Assembly (NCBI GenBank): GCA_963729895.1 | Contig: CAVSQB010000026.1 | Span: forward strand, 1-64,000 | Direction of reading: 5' to 3' | Source: an uncultured Fibrobacterota bacterium | GTDB taxonomy: Bacteria > Fibrobacterota > Chitinivibrionia > Chitinivibrionales > FEN-1185 | DNA length: 64,000 bases | Shown here: positions 38,861-48,739 of the stretch, piece after piece | Position numbering within the stretch: the stretch's first letter is position 1 | How the letters are laid out: each line of letters begins with the position of its first letter | The notes under the pieces: generated by a model | Databases searched by the model: none | Seen by the model: only the letters and a program-made list of their open reading frames with translations | What the model was told of the DNA's origin: nothing | Translations under genes and position numbers: made by a program

Positions 38861-39286
38861 GCGCCCCTCCTGTTAGGTTAAAGATAGCATGTCACGATTG
38901 AGAAAGGCAATGCCATGATAAGGGATTTGCAATTTCGCAGAGCGAGCGCGCCCCCAAGACTGAACAGGCGTGAGGGTCTCATCGTGGCCATAAGAAACGT
39001 CGTGTGGCACGATCATAATGGATCGTGAGTGTTGCGGAGGAAGTTAAAGAAGAGACCGGAGAAGCACTATGGATGCTGACAGTTACAAACTGTCAAGAAC
39101 TTTTTCCGTGCCGGGCACCCGTGCGTCTTGCCGGACAGATATTCCTATGCCCCCTCAGGGGGTTGGGAGGCTTTTCACAGAGCCAGATTAGCGGGGATTG
39201 TCGCGCTTTGCTCACAATGACGTCTGTTCTCTATCAAGTATTCAAGAACAATGTCCATTCGTACATTCACCTTTTGGACCCGCCTC

Positions 39287-40135
39287 TCACCACGGAATTT
39301 CTTTCTTGCACACGCTCACGCTGTCCTCAGGCGGGACCGACTTTCCCTCAGCCATGCTCTGGGCGGCCCGGTCGTAGAACCACCGCGCTCTTTCTTCGTT
39401 CTTCATGCAGGAACTCGTTGCGGAAGCGGCGAGCAGAATCCTCCATCTGTCGAAACGCAATTTCGTTTTATCGCCGAGCGCAAGCGCTTCGTCGAGCAGC
39501 CTGGCTGCCTCGTCGTACTCGCCGAAATAGTAATACACCTTGGCGCGGAAGAAGCACGCTTCCGCCGCCCCGTGCCAGGACTTTTCCTTCTTGTAGAGAT
39601 CGTACGACTCGTCGAGATAAGCAAGCGCTTCCTTTGTATGGTCGCGCGCCCATACCAGGCGGCCGTGCACCATGAGCCAGAAGGTTTTGTCGGCCGTCTT
39701 CTGCGGCGTGATGACGCCGAGCTTGTACCACGCAAAGGCGCTGTCCGCCTCGCCTGCCGCGGAATACGAAAGCGCGGCGAACCCGGCGGCCTGGCGCGAC
39801 TCGGCCTCTTTGCCGCAGAGGGAGAACTCGCGGCGGGCAGCGGCGAAACAAGCGGCTGCGCTGTCGTATCTGTCGAGTTCGAGCATGCACCGCCCGATGT
39901 TGAACCGGTACAACGCGGCCTGCTCGGGGATGTCGTGGACCCGGGCCTGGTTGAGTCCTTTCTTGTAAAAAGCAAGTGCACTTGTCAGTTTTCCTTCTTC
40001 AAAAAATCCGGCTGCGCGCGTGCCGTACACATAGCCGTCGTACCAGTAGGGAGGCTTCCCCTTGAGCGGGTCTGCGCAGGAGCACATGAGCAGCAGAACC
40101 GCTGCGCAGGCGACGAAGGCGATGCGGTGTTTCAT
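39287..40135 (-). CDS. TPR-repeat lipoprotein, last gene of the Mla/Mce operon
   Basis: Lipobox LMCSC; helical TPR-like repeats. Confidence 0.8.
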   Translation of the reverse strand: MKHRIAFVACAAVLLLMCSCADPLKGKPPYWYDGYVYGTRAAGFFEEGKLTSALAFYKKGLNQARVHDIPEQAALYRFNIGRCMLELDRYDSAAACFAAARREFSLCGKEAESRQAAGFAALSYSAAGEADSAFAWYKLGVITPQKTADKTFWLMVHGRLVWARDHTKEALAYLDESYDLYKKEKSWHGAAEACFFRAKVYYYFGEYDEAARLLDEALALGDKTKLRFDRWRILLAASATSSCMKNEERARWFYDRAAQSMAEGKSVPPEDSVSVCKKEIPW

Positions 40136-40146
40136 GGTTCGCCCGG

Positions 40147-41076
40147 CTACTTCTTTGAAGGATTGTCGTTGAGCAGCGGATCGGCCTGGCTGTTGATCCC
40201 GCTCTTGACGATCACGTTGTTCTGGAGCGCCTTCAGCAGGAGCTCCACCTCGGCAATGTCGGTCTGGACCCTGTTCATCAGGCCGGGCAGGTCGCGCGAT
40301 GCCGTCCGGATGCTGTTGACAAGGAGATTGACATCCGTGACAAGCGCGCCCACCTTGGAGGCGATGCCCGCCGCCGAATCGGCAATGCCTTTCCCTTTGT
40401 CACCGATTGCCGCGACCTTCACCAGAATGGTGTCCACGCGGGACAGCGTGGCGTACGCGCGCACCACGAGCCCGTTTGCGTTTCTTCCGACGGCGTTGGC
40501 AAGCGTGGCAAGCGTGTCTTCCTTGATGAGACGGCCCACGGTACCCTTGCCGTCAAGAATTTCCTGCAGGATCTTCTGCAGGATTTCGACGGTCTTGGTC
40601 ACCTGGTCCAGCGTTTTTGCAAGCGGCGCCTGCACCTCGGATTGCAGCGTGTCGCCGCTGGCTGCCGGGGACGAGCCCGGACTTCCGGGCGTGAGATCGA
40701 TTTCCCAGTCGCCGATGGCGACATTTTTCTGCTGCAGTCTGGCCTTGCTGTCGCGCCGGACAAACATCATGTACCGGCTTTTTATTTTCATCGCCACTTC
40801 GACGTACCCGGCGTTCCTGAGCGACACCTCCTGGATGTACCCGACCTTCATTCCGAGAATGGTGACGGCGCCGTTGCGTGCAAGCCCTCCCGCGGTGTCG
40901 TACTTGACATAGAGATAATCCCATTTCACCAGCAGATCGGCGCGGAAGACGGAAACCACGAGAACCACGGGCAGCACAATGAGCGGAACGAGGATAAAGA
41001 GACCCACCGCGAGATTCCGGTGCCGCCGGTAAAACGGCTCAGACGCCGTACGCTGCATGTCCATCGATGTGCTCAT
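40147..41076 (-). CDS. mlaD: MlaD/MCE-family protein
   Basis: TM, GL..NGAVTILGMKVGYI, helical tail. Confidence 0.9.
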   Translation of the reverse strand: MSTSMDMQRTASEPFYRRHRNLAVGLFILVPLIVLPVVLVVSVFRADLLVKWDYLYVKYDTAGGLARNGAVTILGMKVGYIQEVSLRNAGYVEVAMKIKSRYMMFVRRDSKARLQQKNVAIGDWEIDLTPGSPGSSPAASGDTLQSEVQAPLAKTLDQVTKTVEILQKILQEILDGKGTVGRLIKEDTLATLANAVGRNANGLVVRAYATLSRVDTILVKVAAIGDKGKGIADSAAGIASKVGALVTDVNLLVNSIRTASRDLPGLMNRVQTDIAEVELLLKALQNNVIVKSGINSQADPLLNDNPSKK

Positions 41077-41801
41077 AGTGCGTTCCGAAGCGCCGAAAAC
41101 ATATCGGGGCCGTTGTGGCCGCGTGCAGGGTCCCTGTAATCGTATAATGTGCCGTTGTCAAGAACCACGACCGGGCATTTCATTATCTTAAGTATCTCCA
41201 CGTTGTTGCAGATCATGACGAGTGCCATCCCCCGCGACGCGTTCAGTTCCACAAGGACATCGGCGATGGCCCCGGCTGTCACCGGGTCGACGCCCGCAGT
41301 GGGTTCGTCGAGGAACACGACAGAAGGCCCCATGATCACCGCGCGGGCAATCGCGGCGCACCGTGACTGTGCGGCCGACAATTCGTTGGGAAATTTCCCA
41401 TCTACGTCAAACAGGCCCAGTTTCTCCATGCAGCCCTTGACCGCCGCGCGCTCGTCGCGCTCGTTCAGATGCCGGTGGTACCTGAGCGGAAGCGCGATGT
41501 TGTCGTATACCGTAAAGTTGTGAATGAGCGCGTGCTTCTGGAAAACGTAGCCGATATTCCTCCTCGCCTTCATGAGGCCCTCGTGCGTCAGTCGGGCGAT
41601 GTCGACCCCGTCCCAGGTGACGCTGCCGCTTGCCGGCGTACGCAGGCCCGCACAGAGTTCAAGCAGCGTGCTTTTTCCGCACCCGCTCCGTCCGGCTATG
41701 GCCACCGTCCCGCCCGCGGCAACGCTCAGGGAAATTCCCTTGAGCAGAGGCGCCTCTGTAAACGAGAATGTTATGTCGCTGGCCGTAAAAGCTTTAGTCA
41801 T
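41073..41801 (-). CDS. mlaF: MlaF-like ABC ATPase
   Basis: GRSGCGKST, VFQ, LDEPTAGVDP. Confidence 0.9.
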   Translation of the reverse strand: MTKAFTASDITFSFTEAPLLKGISLSVAAGGTVAIAGRSGCGKSTLLELCAGLRTPASGSVTWDGVDIARLTHEGLMKARRNIGYVFQKHALIHNFTVYDNIALPLRYHRHLNERDERAAVKGCMEKLGLFDVDGKFPNELSAAQSRCAAIARAVIMGPSVVFLDEPTAGVDPVTAGAIADVLVELNASRGMALVMICNNVEILKIMKCPVVVLDNGTLYDYRDPARGHNGPDMFSALRNAL

Positions 41802-41859
41802 ATATCATACACTCGAATCAATAAACATTTCCACAGGTTTTGCATCGGAGCCGCGGCAC

Positions 41860-43164
41860 CGCATTGCCTCAAATTAAATGTAACCGAAGGCTTAATCGAA
41901 ACACGCACCAATTGATTCGTTGCCTCATAATTAAGGTAACCCAAGAAAAAAGGGGGTTACCACTATGGGGCACAAAGAAAAAGAAGCATATCGGGAAGCG
42001 ATACGACAACGATATGCCCATTCCAACAGAGCCGGCAAAAAGCAGATTCTCGATGAGTTTTGTGCGATTTGCCGATACAATCGCAAGTACGCTATCCGGC
42101 TACTTGGAAAACGCAAACAGAAACAAAAAGCCAAGCGTGGAAGAAGACCCTTATATGCTGAACCGCTTTTTATTAAGGCGTTACAGTACATCTGGAAAGC
42201 CTCTGATTTCATGTGCTCTCGCCGCCTTAAGGTTGTCATTCCAGTATGGCTGCCATTCTACGAACAATCCTTTGAACTGCTTTCCGAGGAAGTCCGTGCG
42301 CGGCTCCTCTCTGTCAGCCGCTCCACGCTTGACCGCGTCCTATGCCCTTTACGTACGCGTATGGGCAAGGGATTGTGCGGCACCAAGCCCGGCTCCATGC
42401 TGCGCAATCAAATCCCCATCCGTACCGACAACTGGGATATTACCCAGCCTGGATTCATGGAGGCGGATACGGTTGCCCATTGCGGCACCAGCCTTGCCGG
42501 AGAATTTGTGTGGAGCCTTATCATGACTGACATCCATACTGCTTGGACCGAAGGCCGTGCTGTGTGGAATAAGGGCTCCCAGGGTGTCATTGAGCAGGTT
42601 AAAGACATCGAACGACGAATACCTTTTGCCCTGCGTGGCTTTGACTGTGATAACGGGTCCGAGTTCCTCAACTATCATCTCGAACGCTACTTCGCCGTGC
42701 GACAAGACCCTGTAAAGTTCACCCGGTCACGTCCCTACAAGAAAAACGACAACGCCCATGTCGAACAGAAAAACTGGGCGCAGGCCAGGCACATGCTTGG
42801 TTATGATCGGATCGAAAACCCCGACACGCTTCCCCTCATTAACGACCTCTATGCCAACGAGTGGTCTCTCTATCAAAACCACTTCTGTCCATCGCTGAAA
42901 CTCAAATCTAAAATCCGGATAGGATCTCGATACCGCAAGACCTATGAAGAACCGAAAACTCCCTATCAAAGAATCGTTGAATCACCTTACATAGCTTCAG
43001 AAGTCAAGCAAAGCCTTGAACTGACCCACCGTGCTCTCAATCCATTCCAATTAAAAAAGACTATCGAAAGAAAACTCAAAACCATTTTCAACCTTGTTAC
43101 GGTTACCTCATTTGTGAGGCATCGAATCTGACCCTTCGGTTACCTTTTATTATGAGGCAACACG
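41860..43164 (+). mobile_element. 1305-bp IS with rve-type transposase, copy 1
   Basis: Ends CGCATTGCCTCA.../...TGAGGCAACACG; 4-bp target duplication GCAC (41856-59 and 43165-68); boundaries set by comparison with copy 2. Confidence 0.92.
41965..43131 (+). CDS. Integrase-core (rve/DDE) transposase, Rv2807-like
   Basis: EADTVAHCG, TDI..WTE, DCDNGSEF, TRSRPYKKNDNAHVEQKN. Confidence 0.9.
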   Translation: MGHKEKEAYREAIRQRYAHSNRAGKKQILDEFCAICRYNRKYAIRLLGKRKQKQKAKRGRRPLYAEPLFIKALQYIWKASDFMCSRRLKVVIPVWLPFYEQSFELLSEEVRARLLSVSRSTLDRVLCPLRTRMGKGLCGTKPGSMLRNQIPIRTDNWDITQPGFMEADTVAHCGTSLAGEFVWSLIMTDIHTAWTEGRAVWNKGSQGVIEQVKDIERRIPFALRGFDCDNGSEFLNYHLERYFAVRQDPVKFTRSRPYKKNDNAHVEQKNWAQARHMLGYDRIENPDTLPLINDLYANEWSLYQNHFCPSLKLKSKIRIGSRYRKTYEEPKTPYQRIVESPYIASEVKQSLELTHRALNPFQLKKTIERKLKTIFNLVTVTSFVRHRI

Positions 43165-43170
43165 GCACGG

Positions 43171-43980
43171 TTACCGGACAAAGGAATACAGGAACACGAT
43201 CACGGTCACCAGGATGTTGATCAAGAGCGTCGTTATCATGCATCCCACCACGCTCTTGAGCGCCGCCTGCGGCACTTCCCGCATGTTGGTGACAGCCAGC
43301 CCGTAGTAACAGCTTACCAGCGCGATGATGGACCCGAACAGCACGTTTTTGATCATGGAAATCAGGATGTCCTGCCACACCAGCGCATCGAGGACCGTGC
43401 TCATGAAAATACCAAACGGGATGCTCACCTTGACTTGTGCGATAAAATAGCCGCCGATGATCGCGATGACGTCGAAATACACCGACAGGCATACCAGCGA
43501 AACCACCATGGCCACGAACGCAGGCATGACGATGAAATGGACCGGATCGATGCCCATCACCTCGAGGGCCGACAGCTCCTTTGACACGCGCATATTGCCG
43601 ATATAGGTTGCCAGTGCGGAACCCGACCTGCCCACCACCACCAGCGACGTGAAGAACGGCCCCAGTTCCCGGATCACCACAAGAATGAGGATGTTGCCGA
43701 AATACTCGCCCACGCCGAATTTCGGCATGTTGGTCATGGCCTGGATGATGATGGTGATTCCGCAGAGAAGGCCGATGATGCCGACAAGCCAGAACGCCTC
43801 CACGCCGGTAAACAGGATCTGGTTGACGATCTGCTTGAACGACGAGGCGATCCCCTTTCTCCCGCCCGCGAACAACACGGCGCCGATGTCAAGGAGAAGC
43901 CCCAGGACAGCGAACACCATCCTGCACATCGACACCGCCCAGGCGCCCAGCCTGTCGACAAACGGAACCAATCGGCCCAT
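43171..43980 (-). CDS. mlaE: MlaE-family ABC permease
   Basis: RELGP, GRSGS, EL.ALEVMGIDP. Confidence 0.93.
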   Translation of the reverse strand: MGRLVPFVDRLGAWAVSMCRMVFAVLGLLLDIGAVLFAGGRKGIASSFKQIVNQILFTGVEAFWLVGIIGLLCGITIIIQAMTNMPKFGVGEYFGNILILVVIRELGPFFTSLVVVGRSGSALATYIGNMRVSKELSALEVMGIDPVHFIVMPAFVAMVVSLVCLSVYFDVIAIIGGYFIAQVKVSIPFGIFMSTVLDALVWQDILISMIKNVLFGSIIALVSCYYGLAVTNMREVPQAALKSVVGCMITTLLINILVTVIVFLYSFVR

Positions 43981-43998
43981 GCGCTCAAATCCAGTTTG

Positions 43999-44601
43999 TT
44001 AAAGTGTCGAGGCCCACTCGGCGTACCGTTTCCAGAACCGTTCCCGCGCCGCATCGGTTGACGTTGAGTAAAGCACCGGCGGTTGCCGCGTGCCGAACGC
44101 CGCGGCGTACTGCCGCGCATGCGCCGCCTGCCGCTGCGCCGGGAGTTTGTCGGCCTTGGTAAGCACCGCCAGCATCGGCAGCGACAGCGAGACGAGCCAC
44201 GAGTGTGCCTCTTTGTCAAGAACCAGCCCGGGGTGGCGAATGTCGCACAGCCAGATCACGCCGCGCAGGTTCTTCCTGTTTTGGCAATACTCGGCAACCA
44301 GCCGCGACCACCTGATCTGTTCGCTCCTGGCGCGCTCGGCGTGGCCGTAACCGGGCAGGTCGGCCCACACCGTGCCGTCGCTTACCCGGTAGAAATTGGC
44401 AAGCGTGGTCTTGCCGGGCGTCTTTGACACGCGCGCCAGCGTCTTGTTTCCGAACAGGTGATTGATAAACGACGATTTTCCCACATTCGACCTGCCAAAA
44501 ACGCAGAATTCCCGGCCGTCGTTTTTCGGGACATCGCCATAGTGCGCGGCTGAAGACAAAAAAACGGCCGAAGGCCATGGCTTCTTTTTTATGATGGGCA
44601 T
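43999..44601 (-). CDS. engB: Ribosome biogenesis GTPase YihA/YsxC
   Basis: GRSNVGKSS, SKTPGKT, DLPGYG, TKAD. Confidence 0.95.
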   Translation of the reverse strand: MPIIKKKPWPSAVFLSSAAHYGDVPKNDGREFCVFGRSNVGKSSFINHLFGNKTLARVSKTPGKTTLANFYRVSDGTVWADLPGYGHAERARSEQIRWSRLVAEYCQNRKNLRGVIWLCDIRHPGLVLDKEAHSWLVSLSLPMLAVLTKADKLPAQRQAAHARQYAAAFGTRQPPVLYSTSTDAARERFWKRYAEWASTL

Positions 44602-44725
44602 GTTCAATTGTACAACTATCCCGGTTGTTTATCAACCCATGACCAGCATCGGCGCAAGCGACCCGCACCATGGTAGAATATATATTTTGTTCGCATTTGC
44701 ATCCGGCGTGTGGAAAGGGCTCTGC

Positions 44726-45745
44726 ATGACCATTGTTGAGGCAATCAAGCAGGTGACCGTCGGAAACAGTTTGACTGTTGCCGAGTCGAGCGACGTGTTC
44801 AACGACATCATGAGCGGCGGCGCAACCGACGCACAGATCGCCGCGTTCGTTGTCGCGCTTCGCATGAAGGGCGAAACACCCGAGGAGATCACGGGGGCAG
44901 CCAGGGTGATGCGGGACAAGGCCACCCACGTCATCCCGCGCGATGCGCGCCATGTTGTTGACACATGCGGAACCGGCGGGGACGGCGCACGCACCTTCAA
45001 CATCTCCACCGCCGCCGCCTTCGTCGCCGCGGGAGCGGGCGCCACGGTGGCCAAGCACGGCAACCGGGCCGTGTCAAGCGCGTGCGGTTCGGCCGACGTG
45101 CTCGAGGCCCTCGGGGTAAATATTTCGGCAGGCCCGGACACCATGAAGCGGTGCCTTGACGAAGTAGGTATTTGCTTCCTGTTCGCGTCGTCGTTGCACA
45201 AGGCGATGAAATACGCCATAGGCCCCAGAAAGGAAATCGGTATCCGCACCATATTCAATATTCTGGGCCCGCTCACCAACCCGTCAATGGCGCACTGCCA
45301 GCTCCTCGGCGCGTTCTCGTCCGAGCTCACCACCACCATGGCAACGGTGCTTCTCAACCTTGGGAGCACACATGCATTCGTTGTGCATGGCGCCGATCAT
45401 CTTGACGAAATCACCATCAGTGCGGAAACTCATGTGGCCGAAGTCTTTGCCGGCTCGGTAAAATCGTATGACATACGACCCGAGGATTTCGGCTTTTCCC
45501 GCAGCCGCATCGAAACCATAGCCGGCGGAACAGCGCCGCACAATGCCGCTATTGTCAGGAGCGTGCTCGGAGGGGAAAAGGGGGCGCGCCGCGACATTGT
45601 GCTGCTCAACGCAGGATTCGCGATCGCGGCGAGCGGGATCGCAAACGGCCCGGCCGAAGGAATCGCCATGGCGCGAAAGTCGATTGACGAGGGCAAGGCA
45701 ATGGCCAAGCTGGAGGGGTTGGTGGCGATGACGGGCGGGAAATAG
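44726..45745 (+). CDS. trpD: Anthranilate phosphoribosyltransferase
   Basis: DTCGTGGDG, FNIST, KHGNR, GSAD, NILGPLTNP. Confidence 0.97.
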   Translation: MTIVEAIKQVTVGNSLTVAESSDVFNDIMSGGATDAQIAAFVVALRMKGETPEEITGAARVMRDKATHVIPRDARHVVDTCGTGGDGARTFNISTAAAFVAAGAGATVAKHGNRAVSSACGSADVLEALGVNISAGPDTMKRCLDEVGICFLFASSLHKAMKYAIGPRKEIGIRTIFNILGPLTNPSMAHCQLLGAFSSELTTTMATVLLNLGSTHAFVVHGADHLDEITISAETHVAEVFAGSVKSYDIRPEDFGFSRSRIETIAGGTAPHNAAIVRSVLGGEKGARRDIVLLNAGFAIAASGIANGPAEGIAMARKSIDEGKAMAKLEGLVAMTGGK

Positions 45746-45812
45746 GGGTGAAACGGGTCACAACGATAAGAGGATGCAACGCCGACTCCGGCCCGGGACA
45801 AAGGATTTTGTA

Positions 45813-46517
45813 ATGATTCGCGCAGTACCTGCATTTGTCCGAAAGACCAGTAGCACCCTCATCAACAACCCGACCTGGGGGCTGGTGATTGCCGTGGCCA
45901 TTGCCCTTGTCGCCAACATCTCCACGATCCAGTACATCGCTTCGCTCCAAAACGATTTGGAGGTCATGTTCAACAGCGACCTCATCGGACAGAACTACAT
46001 CCAATCCGCAAGGATCAAGCTCCTCTCAATCGGCAAGGACGTGAACAATTTGTTTCTCCTCACCGACACCGACGAGAAATACGTGGTCACCGAGAGAATC
46101 CTCACGTACAAGCGCGAAGTGGAATCGCTCCTTGTAAAGTCGAAACCGTTCTACCGCACCAGGAAAAGCGCCCAGCTTGTTGCGGAGGCCGGCACGGCGT
46201 TTGCAGAATGCGCGGTCATCATAGATTCCCTCATTGCATTGTCGAAATCCGGGGCCGCACGCGAAGCGCTCGACATCATCACCGGAGAGATGAAGAACGG
46301 GTTTGGAAAACTCGACGACCGGTTGAGCTATCTGGACGGGGTCAAGCTGCGGCACGATATGAAGGTCTTCAAGAACATCGACTACCAATTGTCCATTTCG
46401 ATCATCTTCACGGTTGTCGCACTTGTCACAACCGTCATCATGCGGATCTTGGTATACCGGCGAAGGAAACGCCGCGATCCTTCCCGCCCCGCCCCGACAG
46501 GCGCCGTCCTGCGGTAA
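45813..46517 (+). CDS. Membrane protein with 4HB_MCP-like periplasmic sensor domain and no cytoplasmic output
   Basis: TM, helical domain, TM, short basic tail; RBS AAGGA. Confidence 0.7.
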   Translation: MIRAVPAFVRKTSSTLINNPTWGLVIAVAIALVANISTIQYIASLQNDLEVMFNSDLIGQNYIQSARIKLLSIGKDVNNLFLLTDTDEKYVVTERILTYKREVESLLVKSKPFYRTRKSAQLVAEAGTAFAECAVIIDSLIALSKSGAAREALDIITGEMKNGFGKLDDRLSYLDGVKLRHDMKVFKNIDYQLSISIIFTVVALVTTVIMRILVYRRRKRRDPSRPAPTGAVLR

Positions 46518-46534
46518 CGCCGCGTTGCAGCGAC

Positions 46535-47248
46535 CTACGTTTGACGGCCGCACCTGCCGTCAAACGCCGGATAATACAGGCGGAGTTCTTCAACGAGTTT
46601 GCCGATCGGAAGCTGTCCCGGCGCCACGGATTTGTTCACGTAGCCATAGGTAAACAGGGAACCGAACACCGGAGCCGCGACCCGCGAGATGGCGCCCCAG
46701 GCGCCCATGGCGATAACGACAAGAGGCTTGTCGAATCCCGCGGCAAACATGAGCAGACGCGCCACGTCGCGGTAACTGTGCGCCATGACCGCGATTTTCA
46801 CGATGTCGGCGCCCAGCGCCACGGCCTTTTCCGCAATGCGTTCCAAATGCGTAATATCCGGCGTTTTCTCGAAATCGTGCTCCGACACGATCACGGTTTT
46901 CCCCGCCGCATGCGCGATCACCTGGCGGTTGATTGATGCGTCTATCTCAACATCGACCGCATCCACAAACGGCATGACCGCCTTGAACATGTCGAGGCGC
47001 GTTTCCCGGTTTTCGTCCGTTTCCCGGATGGTGCAGATGCAGGGGAAGTGCGTTGTCTTCTTGATCTTGTCGACATACACGCAGAGCGAAGGAATAGCGG
47101 AGCTTATCAGATCCAACCTGATTTCTAAAATGTCAATCCCGTTCCGTTCAAGCAGTGCAAAGCGGTGCATGTCCATGAATTCGTCGATGACGGCGACCAC
47201 GCGGGGAATTTCGCCGAGGGAAACCGAGCCGATTGCGAGGGGTTTCAT
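46535..47248 (-). CDS. aroD: Type I 3-dehydroquinate dehydratase
   Basis: EIRLD, SEHDF, DIVKIA, MG..G..SR, APGQ. Confidence 0.95.
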   Translation of the reverse strand: MKPLAIGSVSLGEIPRVVAVIDEFMDMHRFALLERNGIDILEIRLDLISSAIPSLCVYVDKIKKTTHFPCICTIRETDENRETRLDMFKAVMPFVDAVDVEIDASINRQVIAHAAGKTVIVSEHDFEKTPDITHLERIAEKAVALGADIVKIAVMAHSYRDVARLLMFAAGFDKPLVVIAMGAWGAISRVAAPVFGSLFTYGYVNKSVAPGQLPIGKLVEELRLYYPAFDGRCGRQT

Positions 47249-47464
47249 ACCATAAAAATGGTTGATGGATGATGGCGGGTTATTACTATTTTCATTCCAT
47301 ATACAGGGGTGAATAAAATATTGGTTTGCTGAGCCGGTGCGGCAATAACGAGATAATCATGTGGATTGCTGAGCGTGTGCGGCGAGGTGCCTCTTTTGGC
47401 GAGACCGAAACTCCTGCTGCGCGCACACTAGAAACACCCGCTTAACAAAATCCAAGACCAAATC

Positions 47465-47682
47465 CAGTGGCCCTGGTCTTCCAGCCGCAGCTGCACCACT
47501 GAGGGGGAAATGCAGAATACCTTTGCGTTCTTGCTTTTTGCGTTAGGCAGGACCGAAGGGCGCGCGAGAGCGCGTTGCCGGGCGACCCCGCCGGAGGCAT
47601 AGGGGCGATCCGGCAACGAGGCCATCCGGCCGAGCCCGGAGGGAGGGCCGACCCGAGCAAAGCGAGGGGAACGCCCAAACCT
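47465..47682. repeat. GC-rich structured intergenic element (REP/MITE-like)
   Basis: Multiple hairpins (CAGTGG/CCACTG, GCGCG..CGCG, GTTGCCGG/CCGGCAAC) ending CCGACCCGAGCAAAGCGAGGGGAACGCCC. Confidence 0.4.
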
Positions 47683-47728
47683 ATTGTCAAGATTTGAGAC
47701 AAGCTGAACTTCCCCCGCCAGAATACTC

Positions 47729-48739
47729 TTATGTTTTAGAAATTCCCAGCATTTGTTCCGCCCTGTCATCCAAATACCTTGCCAATCCGCCCGGTATCCT
47801 CTTCATCATCCCCGATTGCATCCACACCTCGGGGCTTTCCATGCACAAGTAAAGGGGAATTCGAGGGTCGCGCTTTTCAACTTCATCCCTGATTGCGGAA
47901 TAGAATTCCACCCGTATCGGCCGGTAGTAGCGTATCTTGCCGTCTTCTCCCTGCACGAGTTCGCCCATCGCGAACAACGGCAAATGTTCGTTTGTTTTCT
48001 TCAGCAGTGCCTTGAGCGCCGGCGACGAGCGGAACCCGCCCAGGCTCCACCATGCGATTCTTGACGTATCGGAAATGGCGCGGAATATCAGGGATGCCAC
48101 CTCGCGGTATTCCCGCTCCCATTCGGGATACCACACAATGGGATCAAAGTGGAAGGCGACCCAGAAGCCCATGTCGAGACAGCGCTGTGCCGCGGCAAGG
48201 CGATCTTCAATGGAAGCCGTCCCTTGTTCAAGCAGGGAAACCATGCGCGGCGTGTTCATGGAAAAACCGACGACCGCTTTGGAGGGGTTCTTTAGTGCGG
48301 CACAACCGTTGACGCCGGCGCTCTTGGTCTTGAACTCCACCAGCACGTTCGGATACGGATCGAGCAACGCCGCGATTTTATCGCATAGGTGAAGTTTGTC
48401 CTCCAGATACAGGCTGTCGCCGAACTCGCCGGTGCCAAAACGCACCACGCCGGTGCGACCGGCAAGCTTATTCCGTACTTCCCTTTCCAGATCGGCAAAA
48501 TTGTCAAACACAACCTGGCTTTGGCATTCCAGGTATGCCTGCAGAATGCAGTATCTGCAGTACATGCCGCATCCGGTAAGCGGAGTGAGAATCTGGTACC
48601 CGCAGCACAAGTATCCGGCCGTTGTACCGGGACACGGTTTCCAGAAGTCACCCTGGTGGGTTGCGTGAACGATATCGTTACGACGCGCAAGATTAACAGG
48701 CTCCGGCACGACGGAGGATTGTGCGGAACCGTTGTTCAC
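47729..48739 (-). CDS. Spore photoproduct lyase (SplB)-like radical SAM protein
   Basis: CPGT, CGMYCRYC (Cx3Cx2C), GEFGDS, EFKTK, HFDP, YLCME; GTG start overlaps ygiQ stop. Confidence 0.85.
   Translation of the reverse strand: MNNGSAQSSVVPEPVNLARRNDIVHATHQGDFWKPCPGTTAGYLCCGYQILTPLTGCGMYCRYCILQAYLECQSQVVFDNFADLEREVRNKLAGRTGVVRFGTGEFGDSLYLEDKLHLCDKIAALLDPYPNVLVEFKTKSAGVNGCAALKNPSKAVVGFSMNTPRMVSLLEQGTASIEDRLAAAQRCLDMGFWVAFHFDPIVWYPEWEREYREVASLIFRAISDTSRIAWWSLGGFRSSPALKALLKKTNEHLPLFAMGELVQGEDGKIRYYRPIRVEFYSAIRDEVEKRDPRIPLYLCMESPEVWMQSGMMKRIPGGLARYLDDRAEQMLGISKT

Noticed and set aside
39251..40912. 553-aa plus-strand ORF
   Set aside because: Shadow of mlaD and the TPR gene
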